From the NCBI GenBank assembly GCA_000830275.1, contig CP010424.1, positions 570,001 through 602,000 on the forward strand: 32,000 nt of DNA, in the 5' to 3' direction. This stretch comes from an archaeon GW2011_AR10. GTDB taxonomy: Archaea > Iainarchaeota > Iainarchaeia > Iainarchaeales > GW2011-AR10. The position numbers were made by a program, and so were the translations under genes. Below are positions 31,369 to 32,000 of this stretch, piece by piece; within the stretch, counting starts at the first letter, position 1, and the number at the start of each line of letters is the position of its first letter. Under the pieces are notes generated by a model, which was not told where the DNA came from, ran no database searches, and saw only the letters and a list, made by a program, of their open reading frames with translations.

Positions 31369-31659
31369 ATGTCTATTGCCAAAACAATTTTTTCGCCTAA
31401 AAATATTCTTAGATACCCAAGATTGGATACGGTCCTCATGGTAGAAGAAGCTATCAGAAAAGCCAAAGATTATCCAACCAAGGCAAAGCTCTGGAAGAGC
31501 CTTCCAAAAAAAATGATGTACCAGACATTCAATACCATAATTGACTATTTGGAGTATTCTGGCAAAATCTTGGTTGAAAAAGACGGTTCAATAATCTGGA
31601 TTTGGGACCCGCAAGGCGTTAGAGAACTTTTGAGCAAAAAGCATTTAGTGGTCCGATGA
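31369..31659 (+). CDS. Small hypothetical protein, possible winged-helix DNA-binding protein / antitoxin candidate
   Basis: 96 aa. Its stop overlaps the start of the downstream RelE-like gene by ATGA. The C-terminal part YQTFNTIIDYLEYSGKILVEKDGSIIWIW looks like a wHTH recognition helix plus wing. No family was recognised. Confidence 0.45.
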   Translation: MSIAKTIFSPKNILRYPRLDTVLMVEEAIRKAKDYPTKAKLWKSLPKKMMYQTFNTIIDYLEYSGKILVEKDGSIIWIWDPQGVRELLSKKHLVVR

Positions 31660-32000
31660 AACAAGACAACCGGAAAATCTTTGTAATCTTTGTTGACGAT
31701 AAAACCAAAGAGGCATACGACAAACTCAAAGCAGGAAAATTTGAAGACAAGGAACTATACGAATTCATTAACCGGGCAATGGATGACATGAAGAAAAACC
31801 CGCGCGTCGGAATACACTTGCCAAAACGCTTAATACCAAAAGAATACATCCAAAAATACGGCGTAAACAACCTTTACAAATATGACCTGCCAAACAGCTG
31901 GCGACTCATTTACACAATCAAAGGAAGCGAAGTGGAAATACTTGCAGTAATCCTGGAATGGTTTGACCACAAAAACTACGACAGAAAATTTGGATACAAG
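31656..32000 (+). CDS. RelE/ParE (YoeB/Txe-like) superfamily toxin-like protein, 3' end beyond the window
   Basis: My own translation from ATG 31656: MKQDNRKIFVIFVDDKTKEAYDKLKAGKFEDKELYEFINRAMDDMKKNPRVGIHLPKRLIPKEYIQKYGVNNLYKYDLPNSWRLIYTIKGSEVEILAVILEWFDHKNYDRKFGYK. The blocks ...NP..G..L, ...WRLIY.I and ...I..V.....HK.Y follow the RelE/YoeB pattern. It is not in the ORF track because no stop falls in the window. Confidence 0.55.
   Translation, partial: MKQDNRKIFVIFVDDKTKEAYDKLKAGKFEDKELYEFINRAMDDMKKNPRVGIHLPKRLIPKEYIQKYGVNNLYKYDLPNSWRLIYTIKGSEVEILAVILEWFDHKNYDRKFGYK

Noticed and set aside
1-32000. Scan for CRISPR arrays, rRNA, IS elements/transposases, integrases and known defence-system genes.
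   Set aside because: No direct-repeat/spacer periodicity, no rRNA-like segments and no DDE, tyrosine or serine recombinase motifs were recognised. The only mobile-element hint is the tRNA fragment plus the TA-like pair at the right edge.

Overview
Low-GC window that is almost entirely coding. It is most likely from an uncultivated archaeon. Support for that: a geranylgeranyl-reductase family gene, a Sulfolobus-type single-OB SSB, AT-rich TATA-like intergenic regions, several GTG/TTG starts 4-5 nt behind AGGTGA-type SD motifs, and many 1-17 nt gene overlaps. Positions 1-28.8 kb form one large surface-glycan biosynthesis island. (i) It has soluble GT1/GT2 glycosyltransferases. (ii) It has a WbpB-like oxidoreductase, a short UDP-sugar dehydrogenase-like gene, WecB and a UXS-like SDR. 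(iii) It has a contiguous six-gene nonulosonic-acid cassette: NeuA-, NeuB-, DegT-, CBS-SDR-, LbH acetyltransferase- and NeuC-like genes. This is the legionaminic-acid-type gene set. (iv) It has an unusual module of amidinotransferase, ATP-grasp ligase, HAD hydrolase and ThDP enzyme. (v) It has an Arn-like block of formyltransferase, ArnD-like deformylase, Dpm1/ArnC-like GT2 and ArnT/PMT-like GT-C. Two further polytopic GT-C-like membrane proteins flank this block. (vi) It has a minus-strand operon of two SAM methyltransferases, an atypical SDR and a UDP-galactopyranose-mutase-like flavoprotein. The right-hand 3 kb is different. It holds the geranylgeranyl reductase, a 353-nt hairpin-rich gap that looks like an unidentified structured RNA, and the SSB-like OB-fold gene. 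It also holds an orphan tRNA 3'-half-like segment with its own TATA-like and oligo-T signals, a perfect 16-bp palindrome, and a putative wHTH/RelE-like toxin-antitoxin pair that runs off the window. I saw no rRNA, CRISPR array, transposase or integrase. All family calls come from motif recognition by eye. No searches were run.
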